A stretch of DNA of 64,000 nucleotides from an uncultured Alphaproteobacteria bacterium (GTDB taxonomy: Bacteria > Pseudomonadota > Alphaproteobacteria > Rhizobiales > Aestuariivirgaceae). The notes below the pieces were generated by a model that was given only the letters and a program-made list of their open reading frames with translations, was not told the origin of the DNA and ran no database searches. The stretch spans positions 1,865-65,864 of the forward strand of contig CAWFCR010000007.1 in assembly GCA_963814455.1 (NCBI GenBank). The letters are read 5' to 3'. The translations under genes and the position numbers were made by a program. Shown here one piece after another: positions 63,227 to 64,000 of the stretch (position 1 is its first letter; every line of letters starts with the position of its first letter).

Positions 63227-63528
63227 TGGCCCCTCCGGCAGAGTTCGATACCGATTGGAAGCAACAGCACCAAATTCACTATCACAAAGAATGGATGGCC
63301 GAATGCTAACCTAGATTTAGCAGACAATGCATTACGTTCTGTTCTTGGGCCGTAACTCCCCATGTGAATTCTAACACCGCTGTCTCGACTGAAATCCCAA
63401 TTGTTCTTCCAATAAAAATATAAATCTCTTGCCATCTGCGTCAGAGAAAAAAGTAACGAAAGGAGAAGTAGTACCGCAATAACTTCAAGTGACAGTGTGT
63501 TGAACTCCGAGAGATGTTTAGACCTCAT
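63220..63528 (-). CDS. Hypothetical two-TM membrane protein, low GC
   Basis: Two hydrophobic helices flanking a polar loop; AT-rich codons. Confidence 0.5.
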   Translation of the reverse strand: MRSKHLSEFNTLSLEVIAVLLLLSLLFSLTQMARDLYFYWKNNWDFSRDSGVRIHMGSYGPRTERNALSAKSRLAFGHPFFVIVNLVLLLPIGIELCRRGQW

Positions 63529-63559
63529 TGAACCCAACCTTTCCAAGGATTACGGCAAT

Positions 63560-63770
63560 GTGGTGGATGGCACCCGCTGACGGCATCTGATGTGTCATGC
63601 CAGGTCCGTTTCGTGATCTAACAGAGGATTCGTCCACCATGAACACGATTACCACTATTGGCCTCGACATCGTAAAGAACAGTTTTGCCGATCATAGATT
63701 TGCTGCCGAACCGTCTGTCCATCACCAGCTTTGGGCCGATGCCCCAGACTTTCGGTTTGCCAGCGCTTGA
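63560..63770 (+). mobile_element. IS110/IS1111-family remnant (left end plus truncated transposase start)
   Basis: ATG 63639 reads MNTITTIGLDIVKNSFADHRF, a decayed IS110 DEDD N-terminus (ITTIGLDIAKxxFxVH), ending at TGA after 43 codons; upstream GTGGATGG..GACGGCATC..TGTG resembles IS1111 left ends. Confidence 0.7.
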
Positions 63771-63775
63771 TAGTC

Positions 63776-63806
63776 TGGGTGGCCGGGTCAAGCTCGGCCA
63801 AGGAGA
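63776..63806. repeat. Alphaproteobacterial REP-like palindrome
   Basis: TGGCCGGG-TCAAG-CTCGGCCA stem-loop downstream of a minus-strand gene. Confidence 0.5.
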
Positions 63807-63839
63807 GTTGGGTCGATTTGTCATCCAGTACTCAAAGCA

Positions 63840-64000
63840 CTATTTCCGCAGTTTCTTTTCCACCGTGGCGAAGGTCTTCTGGTAGACGTTCTGTTCGGTG
63901 CGGGGGATGAGCACCAGGTCATCCTGCGGGCTTGCATCCCAATCACCGAACCACATGCCGAAGGTCGAGTTGTTCGCCGTCACCGGCCACAGGCGCGGGC
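63840..64000 (-). CDS. 3' end of an unidentified gene entering from beyond the window
   Basis: Open frame PRLWPVTANNSTFGMWFGDWDASPQDDLVLIPRTEQNVYQKTFATVEKKLRK* with host-like codon usage. Confidence 0.65.
   Translation of the reverse strand, partial: PRLWPVTANNSTFGMWFGDWDASPQDDLVLIPRTEQNVYQKTFATVEKKLRK

Overview
GC-rich alphaproteobacterial (Hyphomicrobiales-like) chromosomal window with about 13 single-base frameshifts in otherwise intact genes, most likely long-read errors. Contents: (1) 1-6.2 kb and 12.5-24.4 kb, two convergent halves of an O-antigen/capsule locus (asnB-like amidotransferase, Wzx, wecB, wecC; WbpE/WbpA-like enzymes, acetyltransferase, WbuX/HisH2/HisF2 amidino module, bi-domain oxidoreductase, heparinase II/III-like protein, glycosyltransferases). 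(2) Between them, a sulfide module: MFP-RND pump-type I SQR operon, a two-Cys SqrR/BigR-like ArsR repressor and a DUF2892 protein, with visible promoters and operators. (3) A methyltransferase-like::DUF6065 fusion, a CatE-like VOC protein and an orphan sigma70 promoter in front of a structured non-coding segment. (4) 27-46 kb, a Wzy-dependent EPS locus (galU, WcaJ-like, TagA-like, Wza, flippase, Wzy, Wzc, GH5) carrying an ACP/AMP-ligase/reductase/acyltransferase cassette. (5) 46.7-63 kb, a GntR-controlled rare-sugar/polyol catabolic cluster with an asymmetric two-ATPase ABC importer, interrupted by a MAPEG-DGPF-ECF42 operon. (6) An AT-rich tail with an IS110/IS1111 remnant. No CRISPR array, tRNA or rRNA was seen. 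Family calls come from recognising motifs by eye; no database searches were run.
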